64,000 nucleotides of DNA. It comes from Alphaproteobacteria bacterium (lineage in GTDB: Bacteria > Pseudomonadota > Alphaproteobacteria > CAAHEQ01 > UBA3637). The translations under genes were made by a program, and so were the position numbers. The notes beneath the pieces are model-generated. The model worked only from the letters and a program-made list of their open reading frames with translations. It made no database searches and was not told where the DNA came from. The DNA is taken from NCBI GenBank assembly GCA_045660045.1, contig JAZRDB010000006.1:465-64464 (forward strand), in the 5' to 3' direction. This document shows, piece after piece, positions 53,381 to 62,139 of the stretch. Each line of letters starts with the position of its first letter. Position 1 is the first letter of the stretch.

Positions 53381-53997
53381 AAAAACTGATTGTATTATTT
53401 TTAGTATTGTTTTTTGCCTCACCAAGTTTTGCATTGGTGGACAAGAAAATTGATACAAAAGCGAATCGTGCGATTTTAACAAAAGTGGAAAAGGCCTATA
53501 ACAAAATGAAAACATTGCAGGCCAAGTTTGCGCAATTTAATTCAAAGATGAAGGATGAATTGCACACGGGAACAATTTATATATCCAAACCTGGTCAAAT
53601 GCGGTTGCAATATGAAAAAGGATCGCCTTTGGAATTTGTGGCGACAAATGGTGCTTTTATTTATCACGATAAGGATTTAGAGGAGGTTAATTATTTCGAT
53701 TTAAACAGTACGCCGGTGGAATGGATTTTGCGTGATAAGTTAGTATTTGACGACCCTGGATTTGTGGTGACAGAGGTGCAAGATGTGCTGGATGAATATT
53801 TTATCACCGCCCACAAAAAAGGCGCAAAAGAGCTGGGAGAATTGACACTTGTCATCGATAAAGATGAAATGATGTTAAAACAATGGGACATTTTGGATGT
53901 GCAAGGAATCAAGTCCACAGTTTCACTTTTTGACATTCAACAAAATATTCCTGTTGACAAAAAGATTTTTATGTTCCAAAATCCATATAAGGACTAA
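53377..53997 (+). CDS. lolA: Outer-membrane lipoprotein carrier protein LolA
   Basis: Signal peptide, then LQAKFAQ...G.IYISKPGQMRLQY, typical of LolA. It lies downstream of ftsK as in many proteobacteria. Confidence 0.8.
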   Translation: MKKLIVLFLVLFFASPSFALVDKKIDTKANRAILTKVEKAYNKMKTLQAKFAQFNSKMKDELHTGTIYISKPGQMRLQYEKGSPLEFVATNGAFIYHDKDLEEVNYFDLNSTPVEWILRDKLVFDDPGFVVTEVQDVLDEYFITAHKKGAKELGELTLVIDKDEMMLKQWDILDVQGIKSTVSLFDIQQNIPVDKKIFMFQNPYKD

Positions 53998-54013
53998 ATA
54001 AAAGGGGGAGTTC

Positions 54014-54631
54014 ATGAAAAAGTTATTGTTACTATCCGCATGTTTGTTGGCAATGCCTGCTATGGCTCAGAAAATGGGAGAATGTGCTTTAACGCCACTC
54101 CAAAATTTAATTGTGAATGCACGTGGCGCAGAAGAAGTTCAAGCGCTGATTCAACGTGGTGTTGTCTTCGATGAACAAGTCCGTTGCGGTGGAACGTTGA
54201 CGCAGTTGGCGATTCGTCGTGGCAATCCAGATGTGTTGGAAGCTATTTTACGCCAAGATCAAAATCGAGCAAATGCAACGGTTGCATTGGATGCCTTTCC
54301 TATTGTGGGTGCTCCCAAACAAATTCCATTGATATTGTTCGCTGCGTATTATGCCCCAAATAAACAAATTATTGAATTGTTGGAGGCTGCTGGTGCCAAT
54401 ATCTCTGTCACTGATGATTTTGGTCGGAATTTGTTGTGGTATCTGAACAAAAATCCAGTACTCAGAAGAACAGCCCTTGAAGACGATTTGAATAATAAAT
54501 TGTTGTATGGTATGGTGGCTGCTCAAAGTTCTGATCAAGGACAAGGGGGAGCACAACAACAAGGACGTCCAGCACAACAAGCCGCTCCTGCTCCCACAAA
54601 GGAGCCAGCGGCTAATCTGGTTGCAGAATAA
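54014..54631 (+). CDS. Secreted ankyrin-repeat-like protein with a Q/G/A/P-rich tail
   Basis: Signal peptide MKKLLLLSACLLAMPAMA. ANK-like units include TPLQNLIVNARGAEEVQALIQRGV, GTLTQLAIRRGNPDVLEAIL, and IILFAAYYAPNKQIIELLEAAGANISVTDDFG. Confidence 0.5.
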   Translation: MKKLLLLSACLLAMPAMAQKMGECALTPLQNLIVNARGAEEVQALIQRGVVFDEQVRCGGTLTQLAIRRGNPDVLEAILRQDQNRANATVALDAFPIVGAPKQIPLILFAAYYAPNKQIIELLEAAGANISVTDDFGRNLLWYLNKNPVLRRTALEDDLNNKLLYGMVAAQSSDQGQGGAQQQGRPAQQAAPAPTKEPAANLVAE

Positions 54632-54632
54632 A

Positions 54633-55154
54633 TTACATTAAATAAAATATACCATCTTGGACGCGAATTAATTTGTCGGCGTTGGTTCCAATCTTTTGTT
54701 TCAATGCATACAGATGACTTTCAATGGTGTGCGTTTCGGCATCGGGACTATATTGCCATACATGTTTTAATATTTCTTCTTTTGTCGCTTGATGTTCTTT
54801 TGCTTGGACCAAAAAAGCAAGAAAGGCGGTTTCTTTTTCCGTCAAGGGGATGGTTGTATTGGTTGTTAAATCTGTCAACAGCCGTTGTGATGCATCAAAA
54901 ATGAAAGTGGCATTTTCATAACAACTATGTTCAATCAAATATTTTTGCACAAATAAACGCCATTGAGTGTAGGTCCAAGGCAATTCTGTTGGCGTTGGTG
55001 TTAAAAGAGGAATGTGGCTGGATATTGGCTGATCCGAAAGCCAAATGAGAGCACTATACGTGCCATTGGGTTGATAGGCTTCTACGGAAAGATCTTCAAG
55101 GACGGCGATCAATTGATTTAATGTATTTTTGTTTTGTGTATAAAGTCCAATCAT
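54633..55154 (-). CDS. OmpR/PhoB-type winged-helix DNA-binding protein with a degenerate receiver-like N-terminus
   Basis: The C-terminus LTEKETAFLAFLVQAKEHQATKEEILKHVWQYSPDAETHTIESHLYALKQKIG...GIFYL matches the trans_reg_C pattern. The ATG at 55154 (MIGLY) is preferred because the track start overlaps waaA. Confidence 0.6.
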   Translation of the reverse strand: MIGLYTQNKNTLNQLIAVLEDLSVEAYQPNGTYSALIWLSDQPISSHIPLLTPTPTELPWTYTQWRLFVQKYLIEHSCYENATFIFDASQRLLTDLTTNTTIPLTEKETAFLAFLVQAKEHQATKEEILKHVWQYSPDAETHTIESHLYALKQKIGTNADKLIRVQDGIFYLM

Positions 55155-55218
55155 TTGTTGCCTTTTTGTTTTTAATTTGGTACAATACGTAATATATTTT
55201 AGCAAAAAGAGAGAGGAA

Positions 55219-56484
55219 ATGATACCTTTATTTTTGTATCGCTTGGGTTTTGTGTTGATAACGCCTTTTTTGGTGGTATGGTTTTGGGTGCGTAGACTCA
55301 AAGGAAAAGAAAGTAAAACAAGATTTTGTGAGCGTTTGGGCTATCCTAAAACGAAGCGTCCAGAAGGTAAATTAATTTGGATGCACGGGGCAAGTGTCGG
55401 TGAATGTTTATCCATGATGCCTCTGATCAATAAGTTGCTGGAATTGGATAAAGAATTACATATTATGGTGACAAGTGGTACGGTGACTTCCGCCGATTTA
55501 ATGGCTAAACGTTTGCCAGAACGCGCTTTTCATCAATTTATTCCAATTGATTCTCCTTGGGGGGCTCGCCATTTTGTGCGTCATTTTCATGCGGATGCTG
55601 TTTTATGGTTTGAGTCTGATTTTTGGCCAAATTTATTGGCGTCAATTCATGCGGCAAAGACCCCGCTTGTTTTATTAAATGGTCGTATTTCGGACAAATC
55701 TTTTGAGCGTTGGCAAAAAGCAAAGTGGTTTATAAAACCATTGTTGCAAAAATTTACATTGACGTTGGGGCAATCGCCAGAAAATGCACGCCGTTTACAA
55801 GTATTGGGGAGCCCAATAATTGATTGTGTTGGCAATATCAAATATGCAGCACCGCCGTCGCCATATGATGAAAAGGAATTAGCGTTTCTTTTGTCACAGA
55901 TAGGAAATAGACCTTGTTGGTGTGGTGCTTCTACGCATGACAATGAAGAAGAAAAGATGGCCAATGTCCACATACAATTGAAACAAAGTTTTGCTGATTT
56001 ATTGACGATCTGTGTGCCGCGTCATCCGAATCGGGCGGACGCCATTGAAAAGATGTTTAAAAAGAAGGGACTTGTTGTGGCGCGCCGATCTCGAAAAGAA
56101 ACAATTGTTCCAGAAACAGATATTTATTTGGCCGATACCATTGGAGAGATGGGTTTGTTATATCGTTTGGCCCCTGTTGTTTTTGTGGGAGGATCGTTAA
56201 TTCCGTTTGGTGGACAAAATATGTTGGAACCAATGAGTTTATCACGAGCAGTCATTATTGGTCCCCACGCTTTTAATTTTAAGGAAATTGTGCAATCTGC
56301 AAAAGAAACATTGGCCTTGTTGGAGGTGCCAGATGAACAAGCGTTGGCGTCGGCGGTTCAAGAGTTATTGTCGAGTCCAGTCAAAAGACAGGAATTGGCT
56401 GATAATGCACACAAAACAGCAACCTCAGAAATGGCCGTTTTATCAAGATTATGTGATTGTTTGAAACAAAGAGGAATGATTTAA
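55219..56484 (+). CDS. waaA: 3-deoxy-D-manno-octulosonic acid (Kdo) transferase
   Basis: LIWMHGASVGE and the overall GT30 pattern. The ATG at 55219 follows agagagg. Confidence 0.9.
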   Translation: MIPLFLYRLGFVLITPFLVVWFWVRRLKGKESKTRFCERLGYPKTKRPEGKLIWMHGASVGECLSMMPLINKLLELDKELHIMVTSGTVTSADLMAKRLPERAFHQFIPIDSPWGARHFVRHFHADAVLWFESDFWPNLLASIHAAKTPLVLLNGRISDKSFERWQKAKWFIKPLLQKFTLTLGQSPENARRLQVLGSPIIDCVGNIKYAAPPSPYDEKELAFLLSQIGNRPCWCGASTHDNEEEKMANVHIQLKQSFADLLTICVPRHPNRADAIEKMFKKKGLVVARRSRKETIVPETDIYLADTIGEMGLLYRLAPVVFVGGSLIPFGGQNMLEPMSLSRAVIIGPHAFNFKEIVQSAKETLALLEVPDEQALASAVQELLSSPVKRQELADNAHKTATSEMAVLSRLCDCLKQRGMI

Positions 56485-56485
56485 A

Positions 56486-57490
56486 ATGCAAAGCCCAAAA
56501 TTTTGGAGTAAAGACAAGAGTATTTGGATTACACTTTTAAAGCCTGTCAGTGCTTTTTATGCGATGATGACACGTCGCCGTGTGGCTAAAAAAGGATACA
56601 AGGCCTCAGTTCCTGTGATTTGTGTTGGAAATATTTTTGTGGGAGGTGTTGGTAAGACACCTGTGTGTTTGGCTTTGGGTAATTTATTACATGCAAAAGG
56701 GAAAAGTTTTTATTACTTGAATCACGGATATAAAGCCGATAAGCAAGGTGTCTTGGTGGATAAACGTACGCATGTAGCATTGGATGTTGGAGATGAGGCG
56801 TTGTTGTTGAATGAAGTGGCCCCAACGATTGTGAATCATAATCGAGCAAAGGGAGCAAAATTGGCTGAAAAATGGGGTGCCAAAGCATTGATTATGGATG
56901 ATGGTTTTCAAAATCCATCTCTTAAAAAAGATTTTTCTTTTGTTGTCATTGATGGGAAAAAGGGCTTTGGAAACGAACATGTTTTGCCAGCGGGTCCTTT
57001 GCGTGAACCAGCGTTGGAAGGTTTGAAACGAGCAAATGCGATTATTTTGGTGGGCGAGGACACATGGGGGGTGCGGTTTTATTTGGAACGCCATGGCATT
57101 GATTTGCCAGTTGTGACTGGACATTTTGAATTAGATGAAACAGTTGTATCTTTGTTCAAAGGGAAAAACGTTTTTGCGTTCGCTGGTTTGGGTAATCCGC
57201 AAAAATTTTATCAATCCTTACAAGAAAAGGATATCACTGTTGTTGGAACGGAAGATTTCCCAGATCATTATTATTATACGCGTTTTGATATTGAAGAAAT
57301 CAAGAAAAAAGCAAAAGGATTGCCTCTGTTAACAACTGAAAAAGACGGGGTTAAATTGCCGAAAGACGTGCGTCAAAATGTGTTTGTAATGCCGGGGCAA
57401 TTTATTTTTGATCAACCAGAAGATGTGTGGAATTTATTACAAGGGGTATTAAATGTCTCAGATTCATCAAGCGAAACGTCCGCCGTTTAA
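56486..57490 (+). CDS. lpxK: Tetraacyldisaccharide 4'-kinase
   Basis: P-loop VGNIFVGGVGKTP plus MDDGFQN. Confidence 0.9.
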   Translation: MQSPKFWSKDKSIWITLLKPVSAFYAMMTRRRVAKKGYKASVPVICVGNIFVGGVGKTPVCLALGNLLHAKGKSFYYLNHGYKADKQGVLVDKRTHVALDVGDEALLLNEVAPTIVNHNRAKGAKLAEKWGAKALIMDDGFQNPSLKKDFSFVVIDGKKGFGNEHVLPAGPLREPALEGLKRANAIILVGEDTWGVRFYLERHGIDLPVVTGHFELDETVVSLFKGKNVFAFAGLGNPQKFYQSLQEKDITVVGTEDFPDHYYYTRFDIEEIKKKAKGLPLLTTEKDGVKLPKDVRQNVFVMPGQFIFDQPEDVWNLLQGVLNVSDSSSETSAV

Positions 57491-58355
57491 GCGTTATTTT
57501 GAAGACCCATTGGTTGGATTGATCGTGGGGGCTATTTGTGGCACCATGTGGTTGTTGCCACTACCTTTGGCACGTGCCATGGGATCTGGTATTGGGCGTG
57601 TGGTTTATTACTTTGCAAGAAGGCGTAATAAAATTGCATTAAAAAATATGTCTGTGGGGTTGCCGGATAAAACAGAAGCTGAGCATCGCGAAATTGTCAA
57701 AAAAATGTGGCGACATTTTGGGATGTTGTTTGCGGAATCTGCACACGGCACAGAAGTTTTGGAAAAGTCTCGTCGCAAAAATATGGAATGGGTCCGTGAG
57801 GCTCAAAAGCAGGGAAAAGGCGGTTTTATTTGCACGGCACACTTTGGGGGATGGGAATTTGATGTAGCCAAGTTGGTTGCCCCAGATTTTCACCTAAACC
57901 CCGTTTATCGTAAAGCCAACAATCCTTGGCTTAATAAAATTTTGTTTGAGCGTCGTCCTGGAGTCAAAATACCGAAAGGAGCGGCTGGCGCCCGATTGAT
58001 GTTGGAAACATTAAATAAAGGTGATTTTATCGCTATTTTGTGCGATCAAAAATTGCGTGAAGGTATGGAAATTCCATTCTTCGGAAAGCCCGCGATGACA
58101 GCGACAGCTATGGCTGCGCTATCTATTAAAAAAGGAGCCCCAATTTTTATGGTGAAGGGCGTGCGCGGGCCAGACAAAATTTATACTTTTTCTGTCGAAA
58201 GAAAAATAGATATTCCGAAGGGGTTGCCTTATCAAGACACGCTGCGAGCAGTAATGACAGAAGTCAATAATATATATTGGGATTGGATTAAAAAAAATCC
58301 TGATCAATATCTTTGGATCCATCGACGTTTCGATAAATCTTTTTATGAGGAATAA
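57453..58355 (+). CDS. lpxL: Lipid A biosynthesis (Kdo)2-lipid IVA acyltransferase family protein
   Basis: LpxL/HtrB family pattern with HFGGWE (HX4E/D). It follows waaA-lpxK. Confidence 0.75.
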   Translation: MSQIHQAKRPPFKRYFEDPLVGLIVGAICGTMWLLPLPLARAMGSGIGRVVYYFARRRNKIALKNMSVGLPDKTEAEHREIVKKMWRHFGMLFAESAHGTEVLEKSRRKNMEWVREAQKQGKGGFICTAHFGGWEFDVAKLVAPDFHLNPVYRKANNPWLNKILFERRPGVKIPKGAAGARLMLETLNKGDFIAILCDQKLREGMEIPFFGKPAMTATAMAALSIKKGAPIFMVKGVRGPDKIYTFSVERKIDIPKGLPYQDTLRAVMTEVNNIYWDWIKKNPDQYLWIHRRFDKSFYEE

Positions 58356-58360
58356 AAATA

Positions 58361-59026
58361 TTATTTTGTTTTATATCGGTAGCGCTTAGAAAAAGATAAA
58401 ATCTGGCGCACAGCTTGCCATGATGATGCATAACAAAAATGAATAGTGACAAATGGGATGTGTTTGTCAATACAAATACCAAGTCTGTGATGGCCATCAT
58501 CCAAAGAATCTTTTTTGCCACCTTTGCGGCACAACATAACTCTCATAGGATAGGAATCGTCATACCCGCGTGACATATTTTGTATCAATTGATTGTATTT
58601 GTCACGTTGTTTGATTGGATCTATTTTCCACCGATGGTTTGAAAGTTGATAAGCATTTTCTGCATTGCGCCTGGAACGTTCTAAGCCACTATTACGTAAA
58701 AATTTTGGATCAATGTGGTAAATACCTGTCCCATTTGTTTTCCAACGATACCGTATCTTTTTTATAAGAGCAAATAAGGCACCAATATGCGCAGGAACAG
58801 GAAAAGCAATACGTGTAAGAATAATTTTTTCACCGTTTTTAAGGGCTTTTTGAATTTTTGATCGGCCTGCCAACAAACAATCTTTTTGGACTAAACGATT
58901 GCCTCCCAGCAAAATAATTACCTCGTCTTGAGAATCAAAGGGGAGCGTTGAATCTGGTAAAACGGACACATCTTTCAGTGCCAATGGATATTGTTCGGAA
59001 GAAAAACTGAGAACATATGAACGCAT
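58361..59026 (-). CDS. Hypothetical protein with a ParB/sulfiredoxin-like (ParBc) C-terminal motif
   Basis: SLDDGHHRLGICI resembles the DGHHR core of ParB-like nuclease domains. The ATG at 59026 is preferred because the track start at 59068 (GTG) runs into tRNA-Thr. Confidence 0.45.
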   Translation of the reverse strand: MRSYVLSFSSEQYPLALKDVSVLPDSTLPFDSQDEVIILLGGNRLVQKDCLLAGRSKIQKALKNGEKIILTRIAFPVPAHIGALFALIKKIRYRWKTNGTGIYHIDPKFLRNSGLERSRRNAENAYQLSNHRWKIDPIKQRDKYNQLIQNMSRGYDDSYPMRVMLCRKGGKKDSLDDGHHRLGICIDKHIPFVTIHFCYASSWQAVRQILSFSKRYRYKTK

Positions 59027-59040
59027 ATTACCCCCAAAAC

Positions 59041-59116
<76 letters not shown>

Positions 59117-59126
59117 ATCGGCAAAC

Positions 59127-59155
59127 ACTATAGCATATTACCGATAAAAAAGCAA
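59127..59155 (-). promoter_or_regulatory. Putative promoter of tRNA-Thr
   Basis: On the minus strand: TTGCTT, a 17-nt spacer, then TATAGT, ending 10 nt upstream of the tRNA 5' end. Confidence 0.45.
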
Positions 59156-59157
59156 GA

Positions 59158-59343
59158 TTATTTCACGGAAACTTTGCGTGCCTTAACAAGCTTAAGAGTC
59201 TTACTGGTTACCTTGACAGCATTATGGCACACGGGTAATCCATTGAGGTTTTGTTCCTGTTCCTTTGTGTTCTCAACGCCGCTAGCAAACACAACGGTCT
59301 GAGTCTTGAAAAAGTCAGATAAAGCTAACTTTTCTTTAGTCAT
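59158..59343 (-). CDS. 61-aa hypothetical protein with strong expression signals
   Basis: It has a consensus SD (TAAGGAGG) 5 nt before the ATG and its own TTGACT-17-TAAATT promoter. I recognise no family. Confidence 0.55.
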   Translation of the reverse strand: MTKEKLALSDFFKTQTVVFASGVENTKEQEQNLNGLPVCHNAVKVTSKTLKLVKARKVSVK

Positions 59344-59374
59344 GGAACCTCCTTATGCTTGTTTCTTGGGCGAC

Positions 59375-59403
59375 AATTTATCACACTTTAAAATATAAGT
59401 CAA
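59375..59403 (-). promoter_or_regulatory. Putative promoter of the 61-aa gene
   Basis: On the minus strand: TTGACT (59403-59398), a 17-nt spacer, then TAAATT (59380-59375). Confidence 0.45.
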
Positions 59404-59411
59404 CCAAAAAA

Positions 59412-60479
59412 TTATTTTTTTGAATTTGTCTGGTTTTCATCAATTAAAATAACGCATCCCTGGACATAGGGGATCATGGTGCGACGAATAATTTTCCCGT
59501 CTGGAAGATACAAAAACAATTGATGTGGTTCACTTAAACAAGCAAATTTTTCTCGTTGCTGTTTTTTGTAATTGGCAAAGTCGGCCACACGTGACAAAAG
59601 ACCATTATCTTGAATCGCATCCCAATAATCTTCATAGGATGGTTCGGATTGAATCCATTTTTTATCCAGATGCCATAGTTCCGAAAATGAATCGGAACAC
59701 GCCAATAATTGCCCCGCAGCATTAAATAAACAAACAGCACAGGGCAATTGTTCGCATAAGCGTCTTTGGGCTGTAAGCATATTGGATAAAATTCGATTTA
59801 GTTCTTCTTCTGTTTTTGTTTCTTGCCCATAGGTTAGTGTGTAAAAATTATCATCCGATTGAAATGGAAGGCTGAGCCAGCTTAAATCGTTTAAAGTATC
59901 CACTTTTTCTTGTGTTACGGCTTTGTTTGCAAAAAAAGTAAGACCTTTTGAATCTCGAATAAAAAGCGGAAAACCAAAGGAATCTAAAGCGTTGGCTAAA
60001 ATATTTTTATGGTGTTCCATCAAGGTGGATAAATGTAATTGACGCGTTAGATCAGATATATCTTGAAAGGTAATTAAAAGCCCTTGCTGTTTGGGCGTAT
60101 TGATAACATTTCCAGATACAATGAAATGAGAGGATGAAAGTGTGTTTAATGATAATGAAAAGGCTGTTCCATATTTATGCAATTGTTGATATGCTTGATC
60201 TAATTTAGTGGCCGAGTCAGCGGATAAAGTCGCAAGAATTTGAGGCCATTTTATTGGGGTTTTCAGGTTCAAAGCAAGTGCTAAAGCGTGAGAGGTAAAA
60301 AACAAATCTGGCTTGTTTAAATCTTGATAAAACAGGCCGGCCGGTATTTGTGTGGTGATTGCTTGTAATAAACGATTTTGATGCTTTAAGCGACGGCGTG
60401 TGCCAATAGTAATTAGCCAGCCGATTAAGACGCCCACCAATATACCAATCAAAGCATAGACAATCCAAAACAGCATCAA
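59412..60479 (-). CDS. Membrane-anchored PAS-like sensor protein without an output domain
   Basis: N-terminal TM helix (MMLFWIVYALIGILVGVLIGWLI), then about 3 PAS-like segments. There is no H-box, HATPase, GGDEF or HTH. It overlaps the comM stop by 4 nt. Confidence 0.5.
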   Translation of the reverse strand: MMLFWIVYALIGILVGVLIGWLITIGTRRRLKHQNRLLQAITTQIPAGLFYQDLNKPDLFFTSHALALALNLKTPIKWPQILATLSADSATKLDQAYQQLHKYGTAFSLSLNTLSSSHFIVSGNVINTPKQQGLLITFQDISDLTRQLHLSTLMEHHKNILANALDSFGFPLFIRDSKGLTFFANKAVTQEKVDTLNDLSWLSLPFQSDDNFYTLTYGQETKTEEELNRILSNMLTAQRRLCEQLPCAVCLFNAAGQLLACSDSFSELWHLDKKWIQSEPSYEDYWDAIQDNGLLSRVADFANYKKQQREKFACLSEPHQLFLYLPDGKIIRRTMIPYVQGCVILIDENQTNSKK

Positions 60480-61996
60480 AACTCTCCCTTTGCACAGGAT
60501 TTTCTGAAGGACAGCGCCTCATCCATGTGAATTTTTAAGATTTCATCAGATTGATCCATATCAGCAATGGTGCGTGCAACACGGATCATGCGGTGAAAAC
60601 CGCGACCGGACAGCTGTAATTGCTCTGCTACGTGAATTAATTGTTGACGGGCTTCGTCGGTTAAATGAGCCACTTGTTCCAAGATGCGTCCGTCGGCCTC
60701 TGCATTTGTTGAAATAGGCATGTTTTTAAACCGATCACCTTGAAATTCACGGGCTTTTAACACGCGGACTAAAATTGTGGCGGAATCTTCGCCACCCTGT
60801 AATTGGCCTAATTGCCATGGGTTGATTAAAGGAACTTCGATTTGGATATCTATGCGGTCCAATAAGGGGCCTGAAATTTTGGATTGATATTCGGCAGCAC
60901 ATCTTGGTGCACGAGAACACTCATGACCCGGTACACCTAAATATCCACAACGACAAGGATTCATAGCAGCTACAAATTGAAAGCGAGCGGGATAAGTAAT
61001 ATGCGAATTGGCGCGAGCCACAGAAACCTCTCCTGTTTCTAAAGGTTGGCGCAATGCTTCCAAAGTTTGACGTGAAAACTCTGGTAATTCATCCAAGAAC
61101 AAAACGCCCCGGTGAGCCAAAGAAATTTCGCCTGGTTTTGCCTTTAAACCGCCACCCACCATGGCGGGTGTGCTGGCATTATAATGTGGAGCACGAAAAG
61201 GACGTGTCGTAACTAATTGACCATCTTTTAATAAACCCGCGACAGAATGAATTTTGCTAACTTCCAACATTTCTAATGTGGAAAGAGGGGGTAAAATCGT
61301 TGGTAACCGAGAGGCTAACATAGATTTTCCAGATCCAGGAGGTCCCATCATCAAGATATTATGACCTCCAACGGCTGCAATTTCCAAAGCACGTTTTGCG
61401 CTTTCTTGTCCTTTGATATCTTTCATATCCAATAAAGCGGATGCTTCTGCGTTTTCGGGTGGAATAGGAGTTGGTGAAGGTAAGGCTTGAGCGCCCTTTA
61501 AATGATTCATTAATTCTAATAAATTATGAGGTGCCACAATGGCATTATTTCCTGACCACAAAGCTTCTGGCCCTTGTTCTTGAGGACAAACAAACCCCAT
61601 GTCATAGCCTGTGGCGGCGACGCTGGCAGGTAGAATGCCTGAAACGGGACGAATGGTACCATCTAATCCCAATTCGCCCATCATAATGTAGTTAAAAATG
61701 GATTCTGGTTCCAAAATGCCCATCGCCCCCATTAAAGCGATGGCGATTGGGAGATCATAATGTGTGCCTTCTTTTAAAACATCTGCGGGAGCCAAATTGA
61801 CAGTAATATGATTGGCAGGTAAGGATAATCCTATTGCATGCAAAGCAGAACGAACACGTTCGCGGCTTTCAGCAATTGCTTTATCCCCTAAGCCAACGAT
61901 GGTAAAACTGGGCAGACCATTGGTAATTTGAACCTCAATGCTGATTTTCAAAACATCAATACCGGCAAAAGCGACTGAATGTGTGCAAGAAATCAT
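60476..61996 (-). CDS. comM: YifB/ComM family Mg-chelatase-like AAA+ ATPase
   Basis: Lon-like N-domain, Walker A GPPGSGKS, FLDELPEF, and the family Cys cluster (NPCRCGYLG...C). Confidence 0.92.
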   Translation of the reverse strand: MISCTHSVAFAGIDVLKISIEVQITNGLPSFTIVGLGDKAIAESRERVRSALHAIGLSLPANHITVNLAPADVLKEGTHYDLPIAIALMGAMGILEPESIFNYIMMGELGLDGTIRPVSGILPASVAATGYDMGFVCPQEQGPEALWSGNNAIVAPHNLLELMNHLKGAQALPSPTPIPPENAEASALLDMKDIKGQESAKRALEIAAVGGHNILMMGPPGSGKSMLASRLPTILPPLSTLEMLEVSKIHSVAGLLKDGQLVTTRPFRAPHYNASTPAMVGGGLKAKPGEISLAHRGVLFLDELPEFSRQTLEALRQPLETGEVSVARANSHITYPARFQFVAAMNPCRCGYLGVPGHECSRAPRCAAEYQSKISGPLLDRIDIQIEVPLINPWQLGQLQGGEDSATILVRVLKAREFQGDRFKNMPISTNAEADGRILEQVAHLTDEARQQLIHVAEQLQLSGRGFHRMIRVARTIADMDQSDEILKIHMDEALSFRKSCAKGEF

Positions 61997-62079
61997 CTAA
62001 AATCCTTTTGTTTTCAAAAATTATAGCTGAAAATGTGTTTTTTCACAAGACTTTTTTATGTAAAAAAGCGCTTTGTTGT

Positions 62080-62107
62080 TTGCTTTTTGTACTGAATATG
62101 GTATAAT
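62080..62107 (+). promoter_or_regulatory. Putative extended -10 promoter of the lplT/aas-like gene
   Basis: TTGCTT, a 16-nt spacer, then TGgTATAAT (62102-62107), followed by aaaggag and the ATG at 62140. Confidence 0.4.
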
Positions 62108-62139
62108 AATTCCATTGTTGAAAATAAAAAGGAGTTTTT

